A stretch of DNA of 64,000 nt from an uncultured Candidatus Saccharibacteria bacterium (GCA_965231075.1 OZ246412.1:14224-78223); one strand, 5' to 3'. Positions 36,938-46,225 are shown, counted from the stretch's first letter. The notes: generated by a model not told the origin, from the letters alone. Made by a program: numbers and translations.

Positions 36938-38263
36938 ATGAGAATTTCAAACATTTTTCTTGTTATTTGTTTGATATCTATTGTGGTCGTATTTTTTGTG
37001 TCGCCGAAAATGTTGGAGAAAAATATCCCTCAATCCCTGCCGGGCGAGGGCGTTTTTGTCGGCGAGGTGACTAAAGAGCCAAATACAAAAAGTAATAACA
37101 TTCAGTTGACACTAAAAACAGAAATTGGAAAAATCTTGGTTACTGTGCCGAATTATCCAGAATATTTTTATGGCGACGTTTTAAAAATAACCGGTAAGTT
37201 GCAATTCCCGACGGTATTCGAAGACTTTAATTATAAAAATTATTTGGCAAAAGATAAAATTTATTACGTTAGTTATTATCCAAAAATAGAAACCTTAAAC
37301 AGAAATCAAGGCAATAAAATTTTTTCTCTAATTTTAAAATTTAAAAACAATCTTACGCAAAAAGTGGAAACTCTAATGCCGTTTCCCGAAGTTTCAATTT
37401 TAGAAGGAATTATTTTGGGCAACAAGCAAATATTTTCTGAAGAAATTAAAAATAATCTGAGTATTACCGGCACAAGTCACATTACCGCAATTTCAGGAAT
37501 GAACATTGTAATTATTTCTGAAATTTTAATGATCGTTTTGATTGGTTTGGGACTATGGCGGAAACAAGCATTTTATTTTGTTGTGGTTTTAATCGTCTTG
37601 TTTATTTTGATGGTTGGTGCACCGGCTTCAGCGGTACGTGCCGGGATTATGGGTATGATTTTGCTATATGCAAAAAAAATCGGACGATTAAATAGTCCTG
37701 TGCGAATCATGATTTTTGCGGGGGCGATTATGCTCGCGTTTAATCCATTGTTATTAAGATACGATATCGGATTCCAACTTTCATTTTTGGCCGTTTTAGG
37801 ATTGATCTACATTAAGCCAATTTTCGATAATCTCTGGGGCAAACTATTAAAAAAAGAGCACATTGGCTCGGTTTTAGAAATCATTAATACGACCATTGCC
37901 GCACAAATATCAGTTTTAGGAATCTTGATTTATAATTTTGGAAAAATTTCTTTTATCTCGCCAGTCGCCAATATTGTAATTGTGCCATTTATAACCTTGC
38001 TAACAATTATTGGTATAATTTTCATTGGGGGACTAACAATATCTGGGTTTCTGGGAAAAATTTTACTTTGGCCGGTATATATTGGCACAACTTATGTGTT
38101 GCGAGTCATCAATTGGCTAGCCCAAATTCCCTGGGCTTCAAAACAAATTTTAGGGGTCCACTGGTCTTGGGTGGTCGTTTATTATATTTTATTAATTGGA
38201 TCGATTGTTTTTTATAATTTCCGAATAAAAAGGTCTACAACACAACACGAGCCATCACAATGA
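36938..38263 (+). CDS. comEC: ComEC/Rec2 competence channel, N-terminal part (DUF4131 + competence domain)
   Basis: ITGTSHITAISGMNIVII and a polytopic membrane profile. Confidence 0.8.
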   Translation: MRISNIFLVICLISIVVVFFVSPKMLEKNIPQSLPGEGVFVGEVTKEPNTKSNNIQLTLKTEIGKILVTVPNYPEYFYGDVLKITGKLQFPTVFEDFNYKNYLAKDKIYYVSYYPKIETLNRNQGNKIFSLILKFKNNLTQKVETLMPFPEVSILEGIILGNKQIFSEEIKNNLSITGTSHITAISGMNIVIISEILMIVLIGLGLWRKQAFYFVVVLIVLFILMVGAPASAVRAGIMGMILLYAKKIGRLNSPVRIMIFAGAIMLAFNPLLLRYDIGFQLSFLAVLGLIYIKPIFDNLWGKLLKKEHIGSVLEIINTTIAAQISVLGILIYNFGKISFISPVANIVIVPFITLLTIIGIIFIGGLTISGFLGKILLWPVYIGTTYVLRVINWLAQIPWASKQILGVHWSWVVVYYILLIGSIVFYNFRIKRSTTQHEPSQ

Positions 38264-39111
38264 TTAGAAAATATCAAGGAAGAATTTTATTAGGACTATT
38301 AATGATTACAATAATCGTTTGGGTTTTTGTTTTTCAAGAAGCAATTACTAATAAATTTTTAGAAATTGATTTCTTGGATGTCGGCCAGGGAGATGCAATT
38401 TTTATTGAAACTTTAGATAAAAAACAAATACTGATTGATGGCGGTCCCAATTTAAGTGTTTTGGAAAAATTAGGCAAAGTTATGCCGTTTTATGATCGAT
38501 ATATTGATGTTGTTTTGTTAACCCATCCCGAGCAGGATCATATGAACGGATTGATTGAGGTTTTAAAAAGATACCAAGTAGGAATGGTGGTGTTTAATGG
38601 AATTATTAGAGACACAGTACAATATCAAGAATTCATGAACATAATTAAACAAAAAGAAATTCTTGTAAAAGTTGTTTATCAAGGGGAAAAAATAAATTTT
38701 GACAACAATATAAGTTTGAACATTCTGTATCCGTTTGAAAACTTGGAAAATAAAAAATTAGCTGATAGCAACAATACTTCAATTGTTTCAAAATTAGTTT
38801 ATAAAAACTTTGAACTACTCTTAACGGGGGACATTGAGAAAAGCGTAGAAAACAAATTAATCAAGGAAAGAGTTGATTTGACTGCTGATGTTATAAAAAT
38901 TGCACATCACGGAAGCAAAACCTCAACTAGCGAAGCATTTTTAAACGCGGTTAATGCAATTATGGCAGTAATTGAGGTTGGCAAAGATAATCGCTACGGT
39001 CACCCGCATCAGGATGTCATAAACCGGCTGAAAAACTTAATCGTTCTCCAAACTAGTACCGAAGGCACGATTCAAATCCTAACCGACGGAGAAAAGATAA
39101 TTAAAAAATAA
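38260..39111 (+). CDS. comEC: ComEC C-terminal metallo-beta-lactamase domain as a separate ORF
   Basis: LDVGQGDAIFIETLDKKQILIDGGPN...LLTHPEQDHMNGL...IAHHGS; ATGA start/stop overlap with the preceding ORF. Confidence 0.8.
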   Translation: MIRKYQGRILLGLLMITIIVWVFVFQEAITNKFLEIDFLDVGQGDAIFIETLDKKQILIDGGPNLSVLEKLGKVMPFYDRYIDVVLLTHPEQDHMNGLIEVLKRYQVGMVVFNGIIRDTVQYQEFMNIIKQKEILVKVVYQGEKINFDNNISLNILYPFENLENKKLADSNNTSIVSKLVYKNFELLLTGDIEKSVENKLIKERVDLTADVIKIAHHGSKTSTSEAFLNAVNAIMAVIEVGKDNRYGHPHQDVINRLKNLIVLQTSTEGTIQILTDGEKIIKK

Positions 39112-39114
39112 GTG

Positions 39115-39143
39115 TTGACAGATAGAGCACTAAATGTTACAAT
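39115..39143 (+). promoter_or_regulatory. sigma70 promoter TTGACA - 17 bp - TACAAT; CTTGCGCAAG palindrome (39152-39161) between the -10 and the SD
   Basis: Exact consensus hexamers; AAGGAG at 39159; ATG at 39172. Confidence 0.45.
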
Positions 39144-39171
39144 TACAATATCTTGCGCAAGGAGAAAAATA

Positions 39172-39546
39172 ATGCCGCAGGTATTCATGATCCTTGGATC
39201 CCAGGTTGTAAAACGCCTGGACCACGAAATCATCAACGAGATCGGAACCACTTTGATCTCATTGGTGGAGCAATTCTTCAAAATCGAGGGCAGAAACGAC
39301 GTGGCGTTTACGGCCGTTTCGGCTATCGCCACGATCAACGAGGCTCCGATTCAAGTTGAAATCCGGTATACTGCCGGCAGGGACGAGTATGGGCAAGGAA
39401 AGCCGTTCGATCCCTCTGAAGAAGAGCAAGAGCTTTTGGCCAGCCTTATTATGGGGGTTGTTCAGGGCTTAACTCTCGGCAAATACAAGGTTTCGGTGTG
39501 GTGCAAGCCATACCACAACTCTGTGTTTAAGGACAAGCCAGTGTAA
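39172..39546 (+). CDS. hypothetical cytoplasmic protein, compositionally atypical (GC-rich)
   Basis: Start taken at ATG 39172 after AAGGAG (the track ORF begins at 39112 inside the promoter); ~50% GC; no signal peptide. Confidence 0.5.
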   Translation: MPQVFMILGSQVVKRLDHEIINEIGTTLISLVEQFFKIEGRNDVAFTAVSAIATINEAPIQVEIRYTAGRDEYGQGKPFDPSEEEQELLASLIMGVVQGLTLGKYKVSVWCKPYHNSVFKDKPV

Positions 39547-39560
39547 ATCAGGGAGTGGCA

Positions 39561-39595
39561 AGGGGTTGGGACGTGTCCCAGCCCCTATTTTATTT
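39561..39595 (+). terminator. GC hairpin terminator
   Basis: AGGGGTTGGGACGTGTCCCAGCCCCT followed by ATTTTATTT. Confidence 0.5.
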
Positions 39596-39630
39596 GATTT
39601 TAGTTGAGATTAGATATAAAATGAAGGTAT

Positions 39631-39885
39631 ATGAAAAAACAATTTACAATCGAGGAGGCAAAAATAATTGGTGACAAAGTTAATATCGACTGGGGCAAAT
39701 ACGACCTAGAGCAATTCCGAATGGGATTGGGCGTGGAATTAGAACATGGTTTACACGATCCAGAAACCAATGTTACCGACGATGATGAAATAATAACTGG
39801 TAAAATTGCCTTGGCTCATCTCAAAGAAATCCCTGACTATTATACAAGATTAAACGAAATGGAAAAAAGAGCAGAGAGCAAATAA
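39631..39885 (+). CDS. hypothetical small acidic protein
   Basis: ORF track; no recognisable family. Confidence 0.4.
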   Translation: MKKQFTIEEAKIIGDKVNIDWGKYDLEQFRMGLGVELEHGLHDPETNVTDDDEIITGKIALAHLKEIPDYYTRLNEMEKRAESK

Positions 39886-39888
39886 TTT

Positions 39889-41172
39889 ATGAAGAAAATA
39901 CTCATTGTTATTATAATAATTATTGTGATTGTTTTGGCAATGTTTGTTTTTAAGATTTGTCCGCCGAAAGGGCCGTGGCCAACACCTCCCTGGTGTAAAA
40001 CTTTTAGCATCAATCAATATGATGTCAAAGTTGATGCCGAACAACTTTCTCAAGTTAAAGCTGTAAATATGTATGACACATGGGGTCGTAACTATAATAT
40101 GAATATGGTTGAAACCACCTGGGACAACTTAGAAAGTTCATTTAATCGAGTTCAAGATTTGGGTGCAAGTGTGGTTTATGTACACGATTTTGATCGAGCA
40201 ATTTACGAAAAGGGCCAGGATTACACTAGCACAAAGTATGTTTTAGCCGACGATATTTTCGGCAATGATATGCGCGACGAAGCAATCAGTGTTAAACATC
40301 TTAAAAAAATAGTTACCACAGCGCATGAAAGGGGATTGAAACTTGGCATTAAACGCAATTTAACTTTTTTAGATATGGGCAGTTTGATTGTTTCGGGAAT
40401 CAAAGGAACAATCGAACAAGACGTAGCAAAGAGTTTCGCTGAATTTAATCGAGAGCACAGTGACGAATGGGTTAAAGATTATTTTGCCAAATGGCAGTCA
40501 CGATTAATAGAAAAAGCCAAAATTTATCAGGATGCTGGGGTAGATATTATGTCGGTTTCGCCAACGTTTCAAGATCCACAATTCGCTGGACACGAAATTC
40601 TGGCGAACGAACTTTGGAAGAAACTAATTTCTGAAGTCAAGAATAATTTTAAGGGACAAATTTTAATCGATTTTAATGTTTATGGTCTTGTGGACGGAAA
40701 TAATGGCGCTGAACAGTGGCACAAGTATGATTACTATAAAGATGCTGATATTGTAGAAGCTCGGGTTTATAAAATTTTAGAAAAATACCAAAGTGGTAAT
40801 AAAAACCTAAAACAAGACACCATTAAAATGGTTAACGGCCTGAATCAAGCGGCAGAGGACCTGGGTATTAAAATCCATATTTTCTTTGCGCCATCAAGTT
40901 ATGTTGATGGTTTGTACTTAGGGCCGGTGGAATATTTAGATGTAAATAGCGATAAGATAAAAAAATTATCTAAAGACTATGAAGTTCAGGCAATGGCTAT
41001 TGATGAATTTTTTAGAACGACCAAGGACAAGCAAAATATTATCGGTCTGAATATTGGTAATTTTGCTTGGGATGATGCACTTGATCCCGACGTGAGGGCG
41101 CGTGTCTCGGTTTCTGCTGGTTTTCGCAACAAACCTGCCGAAACAGTAGTTAAAGAGTGGTATAAAGAATAA
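39889..41172 (+). CDS. membrane-anchored hypothetical protein, possibly a TIM-barrel glycoside-hydrolase-like exoenzyme
   Basis: N-terminal TM/signal anchor (ILIVIIIIIVIVLAMFVF), Cys pair, ~400-aa soluble domain; fold assignment is a guess. Confidence 0.4.
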   Translation: MKKILIVIIIIIVIVLAMFVFKICPPKGPWPTPPWCKTFSINQYDVKVDAEQLSQVKAVNMYDTWGRNYNMNMVETTWDNLESSFNRVQDLGASVVYVHDFDRAIYEKGQDYTSTKYVLADDIFGNDMRDEAISVKHLKKIVTTAHERGLKLGIKRNLTFLDMGSLIVSGIKGTIEQDVAKSFAEFNREHSDEWVKDYFAKWQSRLIEKAKIYQDAGVDIMSVSPTFQDPQFAGHEILANELWKKLISEVKNNFKGQILIDFNVYGLVDGNNGAEQWHKYDYYKDADIVEARVYKILEKYQSGNKNLKQDTIKMVNGLNQAAEDLGIKIHIFFAPSSYVDGLYLGPVEYLDVNSDKIKKLSKDYEVQAMAIDEFFRTTKDKQNIIGLNIGNFAWDDALDPDVRARVSVSAGFRNKPAETVVKEWYKE

Positions 41173-41234
41173 TATTTTAATAATTAATCGGTCTCAATTA
41201 GATAAATAAATCTAATTAAGATAAACATAGGCAT

Positions 41235-41534
41235 ATGAAAGATTTTATTGAATTTATACGAAAACAAGGGGTTGTAGGATTAGCGATCGGATTTATTTTA
41301 GGTGGTGCAGTGTCGAAAGTGGTGGGTGCGTTAGTGGAAGACATAATTAACCCAATTATCGGAATCTTTTTAGGAAAAATTGGCGATTTGTCTAATCTGT
41401 ATTTGCGCATCGGTTCAGCACACATAACCTTTGGTCATTTTATTTCAATCTTGATAGATTTCGTAATTGTCGCATTAGTTGTCTATGCCGGGTTTAAATA
41501 TTTGAAGTTGGACAAATTAGATAAAAAGGATTAA
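41235..41534 (+). CDS. mscL: large-conductance mechanosensitive channel
   Basis: MKDFIEFIRKQGVVGLAIGFILGGAVSKVV...IINPIIG is canonical MscL. Confidence 0.8.
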   Translation: MKDFIEFIRKQGVVGLAIGFILGGAVSKVVGALVEDIINPIIGIFLGKIGDLSNLYLRIGSAHITFGHFISILIDFVIVALVVYAGFKYLKLDKLDKKD

Positions 41535-41562
41535 TTTTCTCGCTTCTTGCGGGATAAAATTT

Positions 41563-42111
41563 ATGCGGTTAGCGGTGACCGGACCACAAAACACGGGAAA
41601 GACAACCTTTATCAGGGATTTTTTGAGTGCTTTCCCCAATTATGTTACCCCAGACGAAACCTATCGTGATGTGGTTAGGAAAAACAAATTAAAATTAAAC
41701 CGCGTGGCTGTCGAATATAGTCAAAGAGTGATTCGCGATTTTTTATATAAACAAACCACGGAAAACAAACAAAAAAATATTATTTTCGATCGTTGCGTTT
41801 TAGATAATCTTATCTATTCTTTGTATCAATACGAAATCGGAAACTTTAAAAAAGAATTTATCGACAAAACCAGAAAAATGGTTTACGACTCATTGAAACA
41901 TCTCGAAGCATTAATTTTTATTCCCACCGCCGTTTCAGTGCCATTAGCTGAAGATGGAGAGCGCGATATTAATACGCAATATGTTGATGCGATTAATCGC
42001 TTGTTCATTTCTGAAATTTTAGAAGTTGCGCGCAAAACAAAAATTAAAATTTTTACCATAACCGGCAACCGCGAAACTAGAATTGAACAGATTGGAGGAT
42101 TGATTAAATAA
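41563..42111 (+). CDS. P-loop NTPase (AAA_28 / nucleoside-kinase-like)
   Basis: Walker A GPQNTGKTT; small kinase-like size. Confidence 0.55.
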   Translation: MRLAVTGPQNTGKTTFIRDFLSAFPNYVTPDETYRDVVRKNKLKLNRVAVEYSQRVIRDFLYKQTTENKQKNIIFDRCVLDNLIYSLYQYEIGNFKKEFIDKTRKMVYDSLKHLEALIFIPTAVSVPLAEDGERDINTQYVDAINRLFISEILEVARKTKIKIFTITGNRETRIEQIGGLIK

Positions 42112-42132
42112 GAAATAAATATTTTTTAAAAC

Positions 42133-42166
42133 AAAAAAGACAATCCGAAAGGATTGTTTTTTTATT
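42133..42166 (+). terminator. rho-independent terminator
   Basis: ACAATCC-GAAA-GGATTGT followed by TTTTTTTATT. Confidence 0.55.
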
Positions 42167-42170
42167 GGGG

Positions 42171-42240
42171 TCGGGCTGCCGGCCTGCCTGCCGGCAGGCA
42201 GGGAATTGTCCCGCAGAGCGGGATCCCGCTACGCGGGAAA
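42171..42240. repeat. GC-rich palindrome cluster: CCTGCCTGCC|GGCAGGCAGG (20-bp perfect palindrome) plus tandem hairpins TCCCGC-AGA-GCGGGA / TCCCGC-TAC-GCGGGA
   Basis: ~75% GC over 70 bp in a 32% GC genome; immediately 3' of tRNA-Pro. Confidence 0.5.
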
Positions 42241-42249
42241 CTCTTTGTG

Positions 42250-42320
42250 TCGGGCCAAGCGGAATTGAACCGCTATTATACCCACCCCAAGGGTACGGAC
42301 TGCCGTTATCCTATGGCCCG
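42250..42320 (-). tRNA. tRNA-Pro (anticodon GGG)
   Basis: Minus-strand CGGGCCA...TGGCCCG acceptor stem, anticodon stem TACCC/GGGTA with loop UUGGGGU, T-arm AGCGGTTCAATTCCGCT; CCA not encoded. Confidence 0.8.
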
Positions 42321-42329
42321 TCCGTTTCC

Positions 42330-42518
42330 TTATTTCTTCTTTCCGATTTGTTTAATGCACTTTGCACAAGCTTTAATTCTTTTTCCGTTTGCCAAAGTTG
42401 TCCATTGTAAATTTGGATATCTTCTCGATTTATCGGTAGGATTATACTTGCTTCTGAGCTTCTTTCTTGTTACAGTTACTATAGATGTTTTTCCACAAAG
42501 GGAACATGTTCTTGACAT
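42330..42518 (-). CDS. rpmB: 50S ribosomal protein L28
   Basis: MSRTCSLCGK...RYPNLQWTTLANGKRIKACAKCIK is the L28 family with a Cys4 zinc ribbon. Confidence 0.8.
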   Translation of the reverse strand: MSRTCSLCGKTSIVTVTRKKLRSKYNPTDKSRRYPNLQWTTLANGKRIKACAKCIKQIGKKK

Positions 42519-42687
42519 AAAATTATTCTAATTATTCTAATTTCTAATTAACCTAATTAAATCTAACACGGAATTTAAAAATTAGCAAATTTACCCTGCA
42601 CTTTTAGTGTCAAGCAACAAAAACAAAGACAAAATGGGCATTGCTAAAAAAATAAATTAAGCATTAATAACAGGTAAAAGTGAACGG

Positions 42688-43281
42688 GTGTCGTCAATTG
42701 AATCAAAAATATTTATATACGTTGTTATAGTTTTTTCTTCAATTATTCATGAATATTGTCATGCATGGGCGGCTTTTGTGCAGGGCGACCATACCGCCAA
42801 AAACGAGGGGAGGCTAACACTAAACCCAATCTCACATTTAGATTTATATGGTACGGTATTTATTCCACTATTCTTCTTAGTTTTTGTAGGGGGATTTATC
42901 GGTTGGGCAAAACCAGTGCCAGTCAATCCTTATAATTTTAAAAACCAAAAACATGGGATTGTTTGGGTTTCTTTAGCCGGACCAGCATCCAACCTATTTA
43001 TTGCTTTAATTTTAGGAACGTTGATCAGATTTTCTGTGTTTCCGTTTTTGCTTACACCATTCGCCTGGATCGCTTACATTAATATTTTTTTGGCGCTATT
43101 TAACTTGATCCCCATGCCACCATTGGATGGTTCAAAACTATTATTAAATAAATTTCCCAAACTAGAAGAAAAATTTGGCAGATCATTTATTGGAACATTT
43201 ATTGCCTTAGCGATTGCAATTACAATTTTGCCATACATCGCCAGTTTTATTTTCACAATTTTTACTGGACAGACGATATAG
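42688..43281 (+). CDS. site-2 protease family (peptidase M50) membrane metalloprotease
   Basis: HEYCHAWAAF (HExxH in a TM helix) and NLIPMPPLDGSKLL (LDG motif). Confidence 0.75.
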   Translation: MSSIESKIFIYVVIVFSSIIHEYCHAWAAFVQGDHTAKNEGRLTLNPISHLDLYGTVFIPLFFLVFVGGFIGWAKPVPVNPYNFKNQKHGIVWVSLAGPASNLFIALILGTLIRFSVFPFLLTPFAWIAYINIFLALFNLIPMPPLDGSKLLLNKFPKLEEKFGRSFIGTFIALAIAITILPYIASFIFTIFTGQTI

Positions 43282-43333
43282 ATAATGTTAAAACAAGATT
43301 AAAACATAACAATTAAATTAAAACATAAAAACT

Positions 43334-46171
43334 ATGTTTAAAAAGACATTTTTTGTATTTGTGGGATTAATTTCAATAATCTCTAGTTTTTTTATAATTA
43401 ATTCGATTTTGGGGACAAAAGAAGCGGTGGCAGGGGACTCCGTTGTTCTCATTTCTCCTAACGGCGGAGAAAGAGTAGAGATTGGGAAAACTTATAGAAT
43501 TAGATTTAATACAACCATATCCAATGATCGATATTATATGTCGTTGTTAAAAAACGGATCTAATTATATGCAGGTATTGGGTTCTTATTCTTATGCTTCT
43601 GGTGAAAATTATTTTGATTGGAATGTTCCAACTGGAACAGTAATATCTCCAGGCGATAATTATAAAATAAAGATTTATAATTTAAATGGGACAGTTGAGG
43701 ACACAAGTGATGCAAATTTTACTATTTTTTCAAATCTACCAGCGGTGACGGTTGTTTCACCCAATGGTGGAGAGAAGATTGTTAAGGGGCAAAATTATAA
43801 AATCGAATGGAACGTCAATTGGATGCCACATCCGTTTGATGCGGAGGGTGCAGAAAATAAAGTTGATATTCTTTATCGTCGAACAACTGGATCCGATCAA
43901 ACAAATTCCGGCATTATTTACGGAGAATATAATCATGAAGCGATTAATAATTATTATATGTGGTCAGTTCCAAACACGCTTCCGGATGGCACCTATAGAA
44001 TTACCATTAGAGCACGTGGCATCTATTCCAATTTGTTAGACGAGGGTGATGCAGATTTTAATATTATTACCACGAATGATACGCCTCCTGGCATTAGAAT
44101 AACTTCTCCGGGCGGTGGAGAAAATTGGGAAATCGGAAAAACTCACAACATTACATGGGAATCAATTAATTTTTCATCCAATGTTGATATTTCGATATGT
44201 AAAGAATCTCTGGGATCTGGTTGTGTTGCTTATATAGCGAAAAATATTTCTAATACAGGTTCTTATATTTGGGATACAAAAAATCCTTTAATTACTGTTT
44301 CGTCGTATTCGTTATCCGTTTTATCGAAGGGCAATGATTATAAGATTTATGTGGCCAGCACAGATAAAAAAGTGAGTGACGGAAGCGAATATTTCAGTTT
44401 TGTTAACGCTTTTAGTTGCACTGATTCTGATAACGGTAAGGATTATTATGCTCAAGGTAACACGTTTGGCACAAGAGATGCAACTCCGTATTCAATAACT
44501 GATTGGTGTGATGGCTCCACACGACTTGTAGAGAATTTTTGCACAGGAAATGTTTTTGGTAATGAATATTATACTTGTCCTAACGGTTGCGAAAATGGAG
44601 CATGTAAGCCAGACAAGCCAGATTTAACAATTAAAGAAAATCCGTCGTTTTATTCGTCCTGGGGAGGATTCAATAATGTGATTGTTGCAAGTGTTTGCAA
44701 CGACGGGAAAGATTTTGTTGTGCCACAATATTTTAATGTCGAATTTAAAGTATCCGACATCAACAAACAAGCAACGTGGGTTGGCTATCAGGGGGAAACA
44801 TTTTACAAAAACACATGTAAGTCGGTTTTTACAACGGCTTCTAGTTTAAATATAACTACATCTGGTACGTATAATTTTATAACGACAGTAGACAGCTCCG
44901 GTCGCGTAGACGAAAGCAACGAACTTAACAATGGAAAGATCAATGCGGTCACAATAACAATAGGTGATAGTGGTAAATGTTTTGATTCTGACAGCGGAAG
45001 GAATTATTATACAAAAGGATATACGACTTATGCGGGATATACTGATGCAAGCGGACAATTAATAAAAGAATATGATACGTGTGTCGGAAACATACTTCAA
45101 GAAAAATATTGTCCAAGCAGTGGACTGGGTACAATCGATTATACCTGTCCCAACGGTTGCGAAAATGGAGCATGTAAAAAAGATGATTACAATTCTTTAG
45201 ATATATATGCCCCGGAAGTTAATGGTATGAGCGTCAGTTTAAATGGAGTTACTGCCCCACAGGGTTGTGGAAGCAATGACTTAACCTGGTGTAAACAAAT
45301 TAATCCAAGTGCTGATGGAAATGGTCCGTGGGAATTTAATTGGAAAGATGGCACCAAAAGCTGTTCTTGGTTTCCTGGCAAACATACCTATAAAAACAAT
45401 GGCACTTACGATATTGAGGTCCGAGTTAAAAATACGTGTGGGTATATTTCGGCACGTACTTCGCAGACTATTAGTATCAAGGAGGTTGTTTCTGGCGAAT
45501 GTCTACCCGATGGCACTCTAATTAAAATCCCCACTGATCCTAAAATTTACGTAATTAGAAACTGTAAAAAAGAATGGATTCAGACTGCCGAAGAATTCAG
45601 ACAAGAAGGATACAAGTGGGAAGATGTTAAAGAGGTTAATTCTTCGGTTGTTCAATCGTATAGCGATTATTTGCAGTCAACAGCTAATCTTTTAAGGGCG
45701 ATTGGTCAGCAAAAAGTCTATCGTGTTGTTGACGGAAAAATCCTTTGGGTTCCTACCGTTTCTGCTTTTAACGCTCAGGGATTAAAGTGGGAAGACATTC
45801 AAAATGTCGATTCATCGATAATTAATCAATATTCAAGATTAAAATTGGTCAGAATAAAAGGAGATCCAAAAGTTTATTATTTAACAGAAAGCGGGCTCAA
45901 GAGGTGGGTCCCCACAATAGAAATATTTAATTCCTACAACAATAAATGGGAAGACGTAATTGAACTAGAGAAGAAAGACGTAAATGGATATTCCGACAAC
46001 GTTTTTATAAAATTAGAAAATGACTCTAGGGTTTACAAGATAGAGAACGGCAAGAAAAGATGGATTAAAACCGAAGCAGCGCTCAAGAGATTAGGCGTCG
46101 ATTGGAGTATAGTTGCACCCGTTAATCAAGCAGAGTTTAACTTCTATCCCGAAGGAGCTGTTATTGAATAA
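43334..46171 (+). CDS. large secreted or surface protein with three repeat classes
   Basis: Signal peptide; 3x ~95-aa SPNGGE...Y.I.W domains; 2x Cys-rich module ending CPNGCENGACK; 4x ~40-aa C-terminal repeats of the pattern KvY...gkk.W(i/v)pT.e.f...G..WeDV..v. Confidence 0.6.
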   Translation: MFKKTFFVFVGLISIISSFFIINSILGTKEAVAGDSVVLISPNGGERVEIGKTYRIRFNTTISNDRYYMSLLKNGSNYMQVLGSYSYASGENYFDWNVPTGTVISPGDNYKIKIYNLNGTVEDTSDANFTIFSNLPAVTVVSPNGGEKIVKGQNYKIEWNVNWMPHPFDAEGAENKVDILYRRTTGSDQTNSGIIYGEYNHEAINNYYMWSVPNTLPDGTYRITIRARGIYSNLLDEGDADFNIITTNDTPPGIRITSPGGGENWEIGKTHNITWESINFSSNVDISICKESLGSGCVAYIAKNISNTGSYIWDTKNPLITVSSYSLSVLSKGNDYKIYVASTDKKVSDGSEYFSFVNAFSCTDSDNGKDYYAQGNTFGTRDATPYSITDWCDGSTRLVENFCTGNVFGNEYYTCPNGCENGACKPDKPDLTIKENPSFYSSWGGFNNVIVASVCNDGKDFVVPQYFNVEFKVSDINKQATWVGYQGETFYKNTCKSVFTTASSLNITTSGTYNFITTVDSSGRVDESNELNNGKINAVTITIGDSGKCFDSDSGRNYYTKGYTTYAGYTDASGQLIKEYDTCVGNILQEKYCPSSGLGTIDYTCPNGCENGACKKDDYNSLDIYAPEVNGMSVSLNGVTAPQGCGSNDLTWCKQINPSADGNGPWEFNWKDGTKSCSWFPGKHTYKNNGTYDIEVRVKNTCGYISARTSQTISIKEVVSGECLPDGTLIKIPTDPKIYVIRNCKKEWIQTAEEFRQEGYKWEDVKEVNSSVVQSYSDYLQSTANLLRAIGQQKVYRVVDGKILWVPTVSAFNAQGLKWEDIQNVDSSIINQYSRLKLVRIKGDPKVYYLTESGLKRWVPTIEIFNSYNNKWEDVIELEKKDVNGYSDNVFIKLENDSRVYKIENGKKRWIKTEAALKRLGVDWSIVAPVNQAEFNFYPEGAVIE

Positions 46172-46196
46172 GTTTTTCCGAATTTATCAAGAATAT

Positions 46197-46225
46197 TTGA
46201 CAAGACATTTTTTTAACGCTATCAT
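46197..46225 (+). promoter_or_regulatory. candidate str-operon promoter TTGACA - 17 bp - TATCAT
   Basis: Hexamers upstream of rpsL. Confidence 0.35.

Noticed and set aside
42154-42531. Track ORFs 42154..42531 and 42165..42410 (+)
   Set aside because: They run through the GC palindrome cluster, antisense to tRNA-Pro and rpmB; composition-driven open frames with no start context.
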